Assembly (NCBI GenBank): GCA_951406725.2
Contig: OX597815.1
Coordinates: forward strand, 83,266,001-83,330,000
Reading direction: 5' to 3'
DNA from: Octopus vulgaris
Lineage: Eukaryota
DNA: 64,000 nt
Shown here: piece after piece, positions 41,961 to 55,739 of the stretch
How positions within the stretch are numbered: the first letter of the stretch is position 1
Layout: each line of letters begins with the position of its first letter
The notes under the pieces: model-generated
Database searches by the model: none
What the model saw: only the letters and a program-made list of their open reading frames with translations
Told to the model about the DNA's origin: nothing
Made by a program: the position numbers and the translations under genes

Positions 41961-43215
41961 AAAACTGAATTGGCAGCCGGGAATGAAGTATTAGGAGAGG
42001 TGAAAGTTAAGAGAGAAATATTCCAGGCGGACAGTGTCTTCCCACTGAACTTTGTGCTGGGAGTGATCCCCCTAAGTGAAATACTACAGAAGACAAAGAT
42101 GCAGTGTAAATTGGGAAGCCGTAAGAGAAAACTGAACCACTTGTTATTCGTGGACGACTTGAGGTTGTTCACAAAAATATACAACAGAACTTGACAGCCT
42201 AATTAAGTTTGTGTGGATTTGCTCGAATGATATCAAGATGGAGTTTGGACTCTCAAAATGTGCTACAGTGATAATAAGACGACGAAAGCTTGTCAGTACA
42301 GAAGGCATATGTATGCCAATTGGTGAAATGGGGAAGGCAATTGAACCTGAATCCAATTTTAAAATACTTGGGTATACTTGAAGCATATGGAATTAAACAC
42401 AGCGATATGAAATAAAAGGCAAAGAAAGAGTCCCTGGAAATATTGGCTTCAAAGCTGAATACTAAAGAACAAGTTATGTCCTTATGTTGACTCTTAATCT
42501 TCAGCAACGCAAGACCAAGAATTGGGCACATATTGGAGGATCAACCTTAGGAATGAGCATATGTCTTTACTGTGCCACATGTGTAATAGTGCTCTAGGTG
42601 TGCAAAATGCCCAAGATTTGTCCAAAACCACTACAGGTTGTGGTGACACGATGAGGTTGCGAAACTGTTACATTGAAAACTGTGCGAAAAGTGGAGGCCA
42701 GAGAGAGACAAGAAATGATATGACCACAAACCTCAGGGAGGGACGGAGGCGGAGACTAAAAAAATCCTCCGGGATTTCCCAATCGAAACAGATTAGGTGC
42801 TAGAGCATAACATACCGGATCTAAAGGTGGTGGATAAGATGCACCTCATATTGATGTTGCGTACCCATTTGACCCACAAATAGTGAAAGAGGAAGACGAA
42901 AAATAGACATATGCAATCCTGTTAAGTACGAAATAACCCAGCTATAGAATGTGAAGAAATCGAAGATTATGCCCATTATTGTTCGGTCCTTGAAGACAGT
43001 ATCAGAAGGCACCAAGTGGAAATTGGAAGAGAATGCATAGTAGAACTGTTACATAAATTTTGCCTTCTTGGCACGACCAGATTAACCAGAAAGTATTTGA
43101 TAGTTGAAAAGAACAGATTGTTGAAGAGAACACTGTAGGATGCAGAGAGCAAGCCCACCACGCATGCATGACACCAAGAGTTACAACAAAACCTGAGACA
43201 AAATAAATAAATAAT
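41961..43215 (+). mobile_element. Degenerate R4/Dong-like element with internal deletion
   Basis: GEVKVKREIFQADSVFPLNFVLGVIPLS, NHLLFVDDLRLF, MEFGLSKCA, FKYLG-like, TQDQELGTYW, RDFPIETD*VLEHNIPD, FCLLGTTRL. Confidence 0.85.
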
Positions 43216-43217
43216 AG

Positions 43218-43350
43218 TCTTAAATTTTGGCAAAGCCCAACAATTTCGCTGAGGGAGTAAATCGATTACATCAACTCCAGTGATTAGTTGGTACTTATTT
43301 TAACCACCCCGAAAGGATGAAAATCAAAGTCGACCATGGCGGAATTAGAA
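43218..43350 (-). mobile_element. SINE family A fragment
   Basis: atcgattacatcaactccag...ggtacttatttt...cccgaaaggatgaaaatcaaagtcgacc. Confidence 0.75.
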
Positions 43351-46300
43351 CGAGTATCCCACCGGAACTAATATCCCATCAGATATGTGTTAAAATGTTA
43401 CATTATTCATTCACATAAGTTGCAGTTTGGATGAGCAGGGTGACAGAAAACACATCATGTAGTATTCAATTAAATTCCACAGCGTCTTCAGTTCAAATGA
43501 CTCGAAATTTATGAAAAGATATTTTGTTTAATCTATCTACTTCTCCTTGTACAATGAACGCTATCCGCGCTTTTATGAGTAGGAAATTTGATGGGAATCT
43601 TTAATAATTGCTTTCTTATTAAATTACATTCTGAAACTCGATTATTCTCCACCGATAATAGTGAAACTATTTCTTCAATCAACTTTCTCGTTATATAAAT
43701 GTAATCGTCATATATTACAACGTACTCGTTATATAACAACATAAGTCGATGAGTATTTTAAGAGAAATTTATGTACTTATGTTAACTCTTAATCTTCAGC
43801 AAAATAACAGGTCACTAGATCGGACCTGCATTATCCAGGCATATTCCATTTGATGTAGTTCCATACATTTTCCTTTTGATCCAATGTTTTCTCCCATGAT
43901 TTTGTCGAACTGAAGACTATGACTAAATCAGTTTACTATTATCATAATAAGCCATTGTAATGAAATAAAGGATCTCAGGATTCAGAAGCAAAGTTTTAAC
44001 CGTTCAGATCTACTTAGTTTTGTAGCAACATTGCCTCTAGCTATGCATTGTCACTGAATAATCGAACTTAATATACTATGCGAACAGTTTTTCTCAGGAA
44101 ATTTTCATTGTATCCTATTGTATGAAAATCCGATCTACTTCAGTAAAAGAACAAGAGGGTCTTGTTTTATAGCTGAGGGTGCAAATGTTTTAATGATACA
44201 GACTAATGCAATTTGCGAAATTTTAGAAATTTTAATTCGAGATAGGTGTGTGAGAAAAATAACATAAACAACTGACTCACGATATTATTTTAGCACTTGT
44301 GAAAATATTAGATATCTACACTATTTACGATCCTTGAAAACTCTCTGTCCCTGAACGAGAAAACAACCACAGTAACGTGATGGCCTTAACTTAGTGATCT
44401 GACTCTTTGGAGGTATAGTAGTATTTGTGACTTATAATATTTTGCCTATTTACGTAGTTAATGTTCTTGGGGTTTGTAAGAGCGTATTATGTATTCGTTG
44501 ATCAATTTCAAATATAATTTATTAATTCTAATGAATAGATCTTGTAATAAAGTTGAATTAAATAACCATGTGCATTAACAAGTGAATGTGACAACACTTG
44601 CCGTAGCTAATTCACTAATATTATTCACTAATATTATTAGTTTTAGCAAGTAGCGCAAAATTATGTATTTCAGGAGAAATGCCTGGCCTTTGGAGAAATT
44701 GAAGTAACTGCAGTTAAATTCCTTGTTCTTAATATTAAATGCAAGGCTGACATCGCAGTATTCTAACACAATTATGAGAATAAATTCTGCTGGATTTCAT
44801 TTGTTTTTCCGACTAATTTTCGATATTCTCTGCTTATTTAATTTATTCTGTTAATATCTAAAGTAAAAAATATCAAAATATAGTTTATTATAATATTTGG
44901 TGTACATTTAACTAAATACATACATATTATATGTTTCTTTTTGCTTTGTTTGTGAATAGCATTTTCCACCTACATGATATTTGTACTTATTAACGTTGAA
45001 AGCAGACCCAAACTTCTAAAATTAGATACTATTGTCTTCTTATATTTAAAAGTATACAAAGAATATAGCATTTGAAAATTATCCATTTTGTTCTCATCAA
45101 TACTTAATGATACTTCACTGCCTCTCGGTATCAGATTGACAAAAACTAAACATTTCAAAAACAACTATACAAGTAAAAAAAAACTTCCATTGTACCAAAT
45201 CTTTCCCAAATGTCTCATCAAATGATTTCCGTTATAGAAAGGTCTCCTTCCAACTAACTCTCTAAATTCTGAAATCCAAATAGAACATGGAAAAAAATGA
45301 AATCTTATATTACAAATCTTCTGTAAAATTCTATTCTTGATTATTACTTTTGATCTAATAATAACTAGAAAATAATAATTTAAGTGAAGTAGAAAACAAT
45401 GCTGTTTTCACGATTTTTAGTTGATTTAGAATTTTGAATTTCTCGAACAAAATTCTTTAGGGCTTTTAGCTATTCAGACGCAAATACTAAATAATGCTTT
45501 TTATATTCAAATATTTTTTTTATTTCTTAATTTATTTATTTCATTTTAGCTTTTTTTTTGCATTGAATGCATTTGTCAAATATCAGTAACCGGCTCTTTG
45601 AAATCTTATTTTATATCGAATATTGTGACTTCTATGATGATACAAATAAGAGACACAGGAATAACGAATAATTGATATGAACAAAAACTCACACACCAAA
45701 ATATGATAATTATTGTCTGTTTTGCGGGGTAGATTGTGTCGGAAATGTCTGAAGCCTTTAAATTAGAGAATAACATTTAAAATTAATTTTCGCTTCAATT
45801 GCAACACTGGATTTAATTCATCGAAGACAGAAATGGACACTTCCTCTTTTTGTTTCTTTGTGGTATTATATTTTTACAATTTACATGACGATATTCAGGT
45901 TTCCTATTGAAAATTGCACCTAGTTTTCTTGTTGATTGCACCCACTTATATTCACTAGAGCATCAGATCTTATTTATGCATAACATTTTAAAACCGCTTC
46001 CTATTCAAGATAACACTGATATTGCCAATACACCGCAATAAAAATATTTCGTACTAAACATTTAAAAGATGCAATTTTATATATCTATGTCCGTACGAAC
46101 ATAAAGGCATTACAAAACCGTTATTGCGGTAACTAAAACCGCGACAAACACACACACACGAGCGCATATTCATACACAAAAGTACGGTAATTTATATTTT
46201 GAAAATAGTCCCTGTACTAGAAAAATTTGTTGATTTTTTGTCTGTAAGTGTGAGTGTGGATGTACATATAAAACAAATGGGGATTTATTGACTCATTAAT

Positions 46301-47264
46301 AATAATATATCCATTGATACATAATCTTTATGCATAACTTTTATCTCATTTTTTAAATATTTTCCTTCCTTTCATAATATATAGAAAATACTTGAATTGA
46401 ACACTAATATAATATATCTCGATAATTCTTAACTAAAAAAAAATAAGTGAAAAGAAATCGATAAATTTCTTTCATGCTCAAATGTCTTTATATTTTATTA
46501 TGCTGAATTATTTATATATGTTTATTCAATTTTCGGAAATGATTTGTACTTAGTGGCATGATTATACAGAAAACATCAAACATGCTATATCGGTTGCATT
46601 CGTTGAACGCTATATAAATATGCCAAACAAGTTAAAAGGCCAGCACACACATACATACACATTATATGTGCGCACGCATACATATACACTATATATGTGA
46701 TTGTGTGTGTTTGTGTGTGTGTGTTGGACTACATGTATATATAGGTATGTATAAATTGATTTCTTTATAACTTTGCTAGACGAGTTAAAATGTCTTCACA
46801 TATACACAGATATACATTCGAGCGTATTCATATGTATGCACCATCACGCACACACATCAGATAAGATGAAAAACTTGCAACAGTGCAATAGGCGAAAAGT
46901 ATATTTTTTCTGATATAATGGAACAGTGGAATTATTGAAAATACAAATTTGGAGTATTATGATTGATGATTCAACTAAAAGAATATTGGAATACAATCTT
47001 GGAAAACATTACGCATTTCAAACAAAGCTATCATGCTTATAGTGTATTCAGGTCGAAAGATATTAATTCTAGTGAATTAAAATGCTATTTAACGAAACAT
47101 CAGCTGATATGACAGAGCAATGAAAAGTTAAAATTATTAGCATAACCTATTTGATAGAGAAAATTTATAAGCATTGGAATAATTACGTTCATGATAAGAA
47201 TTATGATTATTATTCATGTGGAAACACACCGTTCGGAGGTTTTGCAACATTAACTGTCCTACGT

Positions 47265-47309
<45 letters not shown>

Positions 47310-47398
47310 CACGCACACACACACATATATATATATACACGCACACACACACGTATGTGTATATATGTATACACATATATACCCATATATATATATAC

Positions 47399-47448
<50 letters not shown>

Positions 47449-47774
47449 GTGCGCATGTGTGCATCTGTGTGTGTATGATATACATTTACACCTATACCCA
47501 AATGAAATTAAATAATGAGTGTAGAAATTGATATCAATCAATTAACATCAATCTAAACCAGTGGGCTAGCATATTAAAAAAATCCGAATATTTAAAAATT
47601 ATAATACAATTAATAAGAGGAATGATCCCTAAAGTGAATTCCTATATGCTCTAGATAGACGTCTATACATATAGTGTATGTGTATGTGTGAGCTGGCCTT
47701 TTAACTTGATTGGCATGTTAATAAAACGTCTATATCTATCTATACATATGTATATATATATATTTACGGATATT

Positions 47775-48010
47775 GTTGCGCGCGCTGTTAAGAAGCTTTT
47801 GCATCATGTTGTTTGGGTTTCAAACCCGCTCTACACAACCTTAGGCGAGTTCTTTTACAATAACCCAAATACAACGAATGTTGGTTGAGGGAAACTATAC
47901 GGAAGCCCATCTTCTCTGTGTGTGTGTTTGTCTCTGTGTGTGTGTGGTGTGTGTTGTCTTTGTTTTTATGTTCGTCTCCACCACTGGTGCTGCTTAGAAT
48001 TCGTCCCAGT
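47775..48010 (+). mobile_element. Degraded SINE family E copy
   Basis: taagaagctt...gggtttcaaaccc...accttaggcgagt...ggaaactatacggaagccc followed by (TG)n. Confidence 0.5.
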
Positions 48011-48103
48011 CAGCTTCAGTTTTAATTTAATTAAAAGCACATCTTCTACAATACTTATTGCTACATTATGCAACACACGCATATATATATATAGATATAT
48101 GGT

Positions 48104-48104
<1 letters not shown>

Positions 48105-48180
<76 letters not shown>

Positions 48181-48193
48181 CAACAACAACAAC

Positions 48194-48252
<59 letters not shown>

Positions 48253-48283
48253 CAATAATAATGTGATGATGATGATGATAATA
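48105..48283 (+). repeat. (TAA)n/(CAA)n/(TGA)n microsatellite
   Basis: Direct reading. Confidence 0.95.
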
Positions 48284-49374
48284 CATAGATGAATTTCATA
48301 AATAGTTTAATGCCTCGCAACGGACGTTTCCACAAATGGCAAGATGTTTGTGACCTTAGTCCGCATACCTGGTATAATTAAAGTCCCATCTCTAATAGCC
48401 ATAGACATCAGGTGGTTCTTCGTCTAGGCGTCTATTTTATTCAGGCGAAGAAATGAACGCAGACATGTTTATAGCATTAAATTTCGTCAATATACACTGT
48501 GATTTGCCCAAGGTTAGTAGTTAAGAGCAATACATACTTGGCGAAACTCAAATTACACTATCAAATTGTGATATAATAAATAAATATAGCATCTAAAATA
48601 TATGACACCGAGTGTGATCTTTATCTACTGCAAACAACTGGAAATCCAATATAATTTCATAATAGTCACATTTTGTGAAGAACACAAAAAGTTAATGTTA
48701 TTTTACAATTGTCATTTTACAATTGTCAGTTTATGTATTCTTAAACGCTACTGTCTCAAAAATATTTTCTATATAGAAATTAACTAATAGTTAGACAGAA
48801 TCGTTTCTTCTTTAAATATATTTCAAAATAAATTATACCTCGCATAAGCATTCCTTGAGTAATTTCAGTTTAGATAGTTAGCTTCAATATCTTGGGAACC
48901 TCAAATGTATAACTATCAAATTAAATATATATTGTACTATATTAGAGTTAACGAAACCCTACAGGCATTAAAGTAGTTAGTTTCGGTCACACGCTCATGG
49001 AACTACTGAAATATTAGTATCAAACGGTTTATTACACAAGGTGAAAGAGATATTCGCGCATTTTAACGATTAGAAATTAAAAGCATATAAATATTATTAT
49101 TTCATACATAGAATTCCTCATCACACTTATACATCAAACTCTTCCACGCAGGTAAATGAACATCAAAGCTCATTACCTGTTCATTAAATATTTTAGAACG
49201 ATAAACTTAGAATTAAGTTGTACTATACTTACGTTTTTTAATGTTAATTATTATTCATCCGTTGCCAAAAGCTGCTTTTAACGAGATTTTAACGGCACGT
49301 TTGCATATTTTTTGTAATTTTACACGTATCTATGGTGATATATACATACACACAAATATATAAGTATACGTCTA

Positions 49375-49413
49375 TATACATGCTAGTGTGTGTACATGTG
49401 CGTGTAGGCTTAG

Positions 49414-49463
<50 letters not shown>

Positions 49464-49686
49464 GTATATACGTGTATTTATATATAGCGTGTATATATAC
49501 ATATGCATATATAACAAAATATCTATATCTATAGTAGTATATGCATGAATATATATACATATACGCGTGTGTGTGTGTTTGTATTTGCATATTTATATAC
49601 GAACATGTATAAGTCGAATGACTAAACAATGTGAGAACTATATATCTATATGCATGCTAGTGTGTGTACATTGTCTGTAGGCTTAG

Positions 49687-49731
<45 letters not shown>

Positions 49732-49912
49732 TATATACGTATATAAGTGTATTTATTTATAGTGTGTATATATACATATATATACATATGCATATATAAC
49801 AAAATATCTATAGTAGTATATTTCATGAATATATATCTTTGTGTGTGTGTGCGTGCGTTTGTATATTTATATACGAACATGTATAAATGGAATGACTAAA
49901 CAGTGTGAGAAG
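49375..49912 (+). repeat. Diverged tandem duplication of a ~270-bp TA-rich unit
   Basis: catgctagtgtgtgtacat...gtaggcttaggtgtata...atttatatacgaacatgtataa...gaatgactaaaca-tgtgagaa occurs twice. Confidence 0.85.
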
Positions 49913-50028
49913 TGACAACAGATAGAAAAATCAGAAAAGAAGTGGACAAAACTTAAGCAAAATTGAAGGGAAAAGTACGATTCCTCTACAAAGAATTGTG
50001 CGACGAGAAAATCAAAAGGAAAAAAGAT

Positions 50029-50071
50029 TTTATGAACTTGCAATCTCAAGCGAAACTAGACTAGTATAATG
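50029..50071 (+). ncRNA. Degenerate type-I hammerhead ribozyme motif (copy 1)
   Basis: tttATGA-acttg-caatct-caagc-GAAA-CTA-gac-TAG-TA-taatg. The CUGAUGA core is damaged and the rest aligns to copy 2. Confidence 0.6.
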
Positions 50072-50364
50072 ATCTCACTAACTGTGGCTTGGTTATTTCC
50101 CCTGTCAGTAGATGAACATGTGCTTTCTTGCGGCTCTAAGTATGTTTTAACTCTTATTTCTAGCAATATTGGTGCCAAATGACACTCTAATGTCACGATT
50201 AGTGACAATTAAATTTTTTCCTTTTTGGTTTTTTATTGCGTATAGTTGCCTTGATTACTTTAAAATTTTAACATTAGCATTTTGCTAAATCAAACATAAA
50301 TTCCTACGGTAAATATATATATTGACAGTCAAGATTTTGTCAAACCTTCCAGCAAGGAAGTAGC

Positions 50365-50412
50365 CACTACTGATGAGCTTGTAATTTCAAGCGAAACTAA
50401 ACTAGTATACTG
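50365..50412 (+). ncRNA. Type-I hammerhead ribozyme motif (copy 2)
   Basis: cacta-CTGATGA-gcttg-taattt-caagc-GAAA-cta-aac-tag-TA-tactg: intact core, 5-bp stem II, 4-bp stem III, GUA cleavage triplet at 50405-50407, stem I 4/5 paired. Confidence 0.8.
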
Positions 50413-50549
50413 ATCTTGCTCGTTATGGGTCGGTATATGAAAATGTACTATCAGTCTATGAAAATGTACTTATTGGTTATTTTTACAGGTAAGAATTCAC
50501 AAGAACTTCTCTGAAACAGGAGATAGTGGCAAATGACTCACTGGATCTC

Positions 50550-50550
<1 letters not shown>

Positions 50551-50580
<30 letters not shown>

Positions 50581-50627
50581 CTTCTTCTTCTTCTTCTTCT
50601 TCTTCTTCTTCTTCTTCTTCTTCTTCT
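50551..50627 (+). repeat. (TTC)n microsatellite
   Basis: Direct reading. Confidence 0.97.
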
Positions 50628-50689
50628 CCTCCTTCCTCCCACTTGCATAGAACTTATTTACTCGTTTTACTTTACTTGAAAGTGGGTAA

Positions 50690-53070
50690 TAACAAATTAC
50701 CAAAGGCTTCAAGTAAGTGTTTCTTCTCGCTCTGAACGATACAAGACTTACTATAAGAAGAAATGTGTTTCCTGGATTACTTCAAGCTTGACAGTAACTC
50801 CAGTATTTTCAATATGTTTCTCAAACCCTCTTTGAGACTGCTCAAAATATTTCGATTACAAGGATATCACAATCACTTACGTCATACACCATACACCAAA
50901 GTTTCCTATTTCGCCCCCTTCCTCAATTGCTGGTATTTCTCCATTTTTCTAGTTCTTCCTCTTCCACCTTCGAATCACCTGTTATCGCAAAATATATTAC
51001 CTTAATCTCTTTTTCATCTTTATCGATGAGCAAAATATCTGGCCGTCTCGACTCTCTTTCCTGGTGATACTGTCTTTTAATATCCCAGAGGATTAACACC
51101 CCTCTGGCTTGAGCCCATAGCATCAAGCGGCTTTGTTAACGTATCATTTATCACACAGCTGCCAGTGTAAATATCTGGCCACGTTGCCATGTCCCATTTT
51201 GCATTCTCGCCTTACAGGTTCACTGCACTCACTGACAATGTACCTCATGCTTTCTCCTTTTTCAGGACATATACTGCATTATCGTGAGTCAGTGCATTTT
51301 TCTATATGGTACTTGATGTAATTCGTTCATGATATTGCTCACAGTAAGCTAATGCCTCTGTACATCCTTTTAAGTCTGCTGTCATTGCCAGGTCTTAATC
51401 TAATCAATCTCATATTTATTCTTCAAGAATATACGATTTCTTGTCATGCCAAGCTTTTCGATACTATTGCGCACATTTAGCTTAGCCCTGTCCTCCTCAG
51501 ATACTTTTTTTTTCAAACTTCTTTCCGCTTGACCTCATTTATTTTACTCAAAATAATACCCGGATACTTCTAATACTTTAATAGTTTCACCATATTCCAG
51601 CTTGATTCCATGGCTTTTATTAACCTTCCTTCTTTTTTTTATCACCATTACAACATACTTCTTGATCCTTAATTCCATCCCCGAATCCTTGCTAATCACC
51701 TGAACTGTTGACATCAAACTAACATTTTCTCTTTTGAAAAACCTTTAGGTCATTTTTGAATAGCTATTCTTTTATTTCTGCATTGCCTATAGTACTCATT
51801 ACACACACCTTTCCTAGAACACCCAATACGGGTATCATGCAGAGGATAAATAGTAAGGGAGATAGGTTGATCATTGGAAAATTCCTCCTTCAATATTTAC
51901 CTGTCCTAATTTCGACGAGATAGACTTTGCCTTTCATCCTATTGTGGTTGAGAAAATAGTACAAGCTGAACAACAGCGTGGATATAGCCAAATATCCATC
52001 TCCCCAGACCTTTCTGGCCTTGAGCTAAATTTTGAACTCAATATTTACCTGCCCTAGCATATCACAACATGTGTGAGTCCAGTTCTGCAGATTATCGTTG
52101 AGTCTCGTATACATTTCCAAATATTATCAAAAACGTTTGCCAGATTAAGACACTCGATAATTCACGAGTGTGGGTTCCATATCACAGACTTTCTTGTAGT
52201 CTTCCCATGTCATGGCCCAACTTTGGTGCCCCTTCTTGCAGTCAGCCAAGTCACTCTTATTTAGTATCAACTGAACCATAATCCCTTAGCTCTTGCGTCT
52301 AAACCTTCTTTGTTCGTTGACAGGCATTCGCCCTCGTCAAGATAATTGTAAATGTGATTTGAAATTTATCCCGCATCAATTTCCACATAAGTGGCAAGAC
52401 AAACTATTGATCAAATATTTCCAACCATATTTCTTTTATTAGGATCCTTCTCACATAATACTATCCTACCTTTTGTCACCAAGGCCAGCATTTGGACTTA
52501 TTGCTTATCATTTCGACCATATGGCTCGCAAATCTTTGGCGTAGTACAGTTAATTTCTTGAGCTAATAGTCCTGAACTCAATGCGAATCAGGTACTTTCC
52601 AGTTAGGCCATTTCTTGCACAGATCTCCAAAAGATTTCTCAGTGATTCTCAAATTCCCCTGCTGATACCCTCCTCCACTGCGAGTGACTGTAACCACTCT
52701 GCTCCAACTTCGTGCTGTTTCTCCTGAGACTATATGTTCGACCAGAATCTCTTGCTCTCGTCAGAGTTTTCAATTTTTTTCTTTCTATTCAGTTTCTGGT
52801 TTTGATCAAAAACTGCTGAATTCTCTCTTCGTATCTCTTCAGTTTATGAACTTTAGCTTTCAGTCTCAGTTTTAATTCCTATCACAACTTTGAATCCCTT
52901 TTTCTTCACCCTACAATTCCTCCCAAACTCATCATACTTTTCTTTTTTCCGAATTACATCTCTCTTTTTCCTTCTAACAATATCAATGATTTCTGATCTC
53001 ATTGTTGGACTGCGTTTCTGCAATGGCAGCTTCTGTTTACATTGTCAATTGCCATTGACTCTTAAACCTA
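50690..53070 (-). mobile_element. Long degenerate R4/Dong-like element
   Basis: KKWPNWKVPD..VQDY (NWKAPGPDG-like), GIFQ...LLFILCMIP, HGNVARYLHWQLC; ORF 50923-51126 has ILWDI...RRPDILLIDK...FAITGD...ELEK. Confidence 0.82.
51909..52037 (+). mobile_element. 5'-truncated SINE family A nested in the Dong-like element, 19-bp TSD
   Basis: gactttgcctttcatcct core; tcaatatttacctg(t/c)ccta at 51890-51908 and 52038-52056. Confidence 0.8.
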
Positions 53071-53274
53071 AATAAGGTGAGGTATCCCGCACTGGATACC
53101 AACCCAGTATTCTATATTCAGTATATGGATGGAACCAAAAGAAACTGATAGATTTTAATACTTGCATATCTTATATACTCCGAGAAGGTGTATCAACCAT
53201 GGTTGAAAAATTCCTTCAACCCTTGAGACAAGACTATTCTCCCGTATATTTAGAGTAATCAAAAAAAAAAAAAG

Positions 53275-53432
53275 TACGCCTGGTGAAATACTTAGCGGTA
53301 TTTTCTCTGTTGCTATGTTATGAGTTAAAATTCCGCCGAGGTTGACTTTGCTTTTCCTCCTTTCGGGGAGAGTACTGGTGGTCGAACTTATCGACTTAAT
53401 CCTTCAGGTCTCGTGCCTACAGTAGAAATGAT
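53275..53432 (+). mobile_element. SINE family A copy
   Basis: cttagcggtattt...aaattccgccgaggttgactttgcttttcctcctttcgggg. Confidence 0.78.
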
Positions 53433-55706
53433 TATTAACATTATTGTTGTTGTTGCAGCTGTTGTATCTGTTGTTAGCATTGTTCGTGTCATTGTTGTTC
53501 TTGCTCTGAACCGACTTCCAAAGCACTGAAGAATTGAATTACATATTAGTTGATGGAAACGGAAATTATAGAAGTATGAACCATTTCAAATTTTATTTAT
53601 TTATTTATTAGTACATATTATTCACTCCTCATTTTATGTGTCTTCATCTGGAGGAGCAGGAAAAGCTTTTGCCACAACGTTAGAAACAATGTTTGCTATT
53701 TCATATGTTAAATATCACAAACATTTTGAGAATACAGAAAACAGAACATTAAAAATAAAATATAAAGAATTGACAATTGAAATTGAACAGGCAAAGTTTA
53801 AATACAAATATTTTACTTTCACAAAAGACAAAGCTATTTACATTTAGACAAAATTACAAAAATTAAGATAGCGCTGTCGCACAAAGCTTCACAAGAGTCA
53901 CGAGCCATATCTGAATGTTTGAATCAATCCAGCTGCATTATAAACAATGAAAAAATTAAAAGTAGTGTGTCACAAAATACAGAACTTTTTTACTTGAAGA
54001 ATTAATCGAGGAAAGACCTACGAGGTTATTGACATGTTATTGTATCACAAAACCAAGTAGGCTCTCCTAATGTAGTAAGAAGAAATCATAGCCTGTTTCT
54101 GGCATAATGTGTCCTTGATACAAAGCCTCGGTCAGTGGAAGTAAGACTAGCGACAAGATTTTAAGACAGGCGTAGCTCGTTCGAGGATATTCGCTCTCAA
54201 GATGATGCCGTGTTATATGGAGATATGAATCGCAAGGATTACTGTAAGATATATCGGCACAGGTGTTTACCATAGTGCACAGTCAATTTTGAGGCATAGC
54301 ACGAGGAAGTACAAAAAGGTGACATGCAACAATATGCGGTCCTGCTTATCACTGAGCACGTCAAAAATACTTGCTGGATTTAATCATTTGAAGATGTAAA
54401 GAGGAAATGTATCAGACAAGTAGGCAGCGCAGGAAGCCAATTTTCGTCAATTATTAACAGTGTACATGAGATTTTACTAATACAATAGAATTTCAAGAAG
54501 CTGGAGAGTAAAGAAAGGAGGGATCACATTAGAGACATAAACATGGACAATAGCAGGAGGTGAAAAGTAGGTATGCTGTAGTTTCTAGTTTACTATCATT
54601 TACAAATCAGAGAGTAGCCCTAAGTGAAGTAACGATGTCCAGCGACGTATACTAGCATCTCTATAAACGGCTTTAACTATACTTTTGGTGCAAGCAACAC
54701 CAAAACCAAGATTAATGAAACAACAATGGAACATTGAAGAATGTATCAGCTTTATATTTTGTAAAGTTATTTTTTAATAAGCAAGCACTATACATAGTAT
54801 GTTTAGATAAAAGGCTTGCAGAGCTGGAGCACATGATAAAAACAAATGCATTTCTGCCTATAGCTCTCACACAGGCCTGTGGGAAAGGGAAGCTGATGAT
54901 TGCATCGTCTACACTTAAAATTAGACACTTGTTTAATTACCTTTCTAATAGATATTTTGTGGTTTGATATTGATATTGTGCAGCTAAAATCAGACCATCT
55001 GTTTCTGCATTTAGTCCGGAGCTTTTAAATCATTGTTGAATTCTCGCTGAAATACTTCCTGTCTTAACACTTTTTTCTAGTATAATTAACTTCTAGATCA
55101 TACCCAATTGTTTCCTTATTTAAAAATGCATAATTCTATTAATAAATGAAATTAGATTCATATATTATTTGCACTCTTTCATCTGAGTTTCAATGAAAAC
55201 TCATTTGTATTTTTCACGCTTTACATTTTGGGGCAATGAAATTTCTTTCTTTTTTTTTTTGGGTTTTGATGTCTAGTAAACAACAAAGAACAAATGAAAT
55301 AAACATAATAAATAAAAATATGAACTTAGACACCTTTTAAAGAAATCAAATTTAGCAGTTATTGAAAAGAAGATGAAATTATGATGAAGCGCTATTTCAA
55401 TACACTTGTAATAACGGAATTGATTAAAGAGTATTTGTAAGGTTTCTCGTACTCAATGTCTTGTGCTTTGTAGTATGATATAGAGGGTGGCAGGAGGAAA
55501 AATATTTAAACATCGGTTGATTTTTGCCGTTTACATCTGGTGCAGTATGAGAGAACCAAAAATATACACGTAGATAAACGGATAGGCAGAAAGAAATGAG
55601 ATCTATATTGGCAGAAAAGTGAGATGATGGTGAATAAAGATCCGGAAAGTAATTGTAAATTAAAAAGTAGAGAACAAAATTATGTGGGAAAGTAAGAGTA
55701 ATAAGC

Positions 55707-55739
<33 letters not shown>

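Noticed and set aside
45910-45945. Two attgcac motifs resembling the miR-92 family seed
   Set aside because: The downstream sequence does not match miR-92 and no precursor hairpin is evident.
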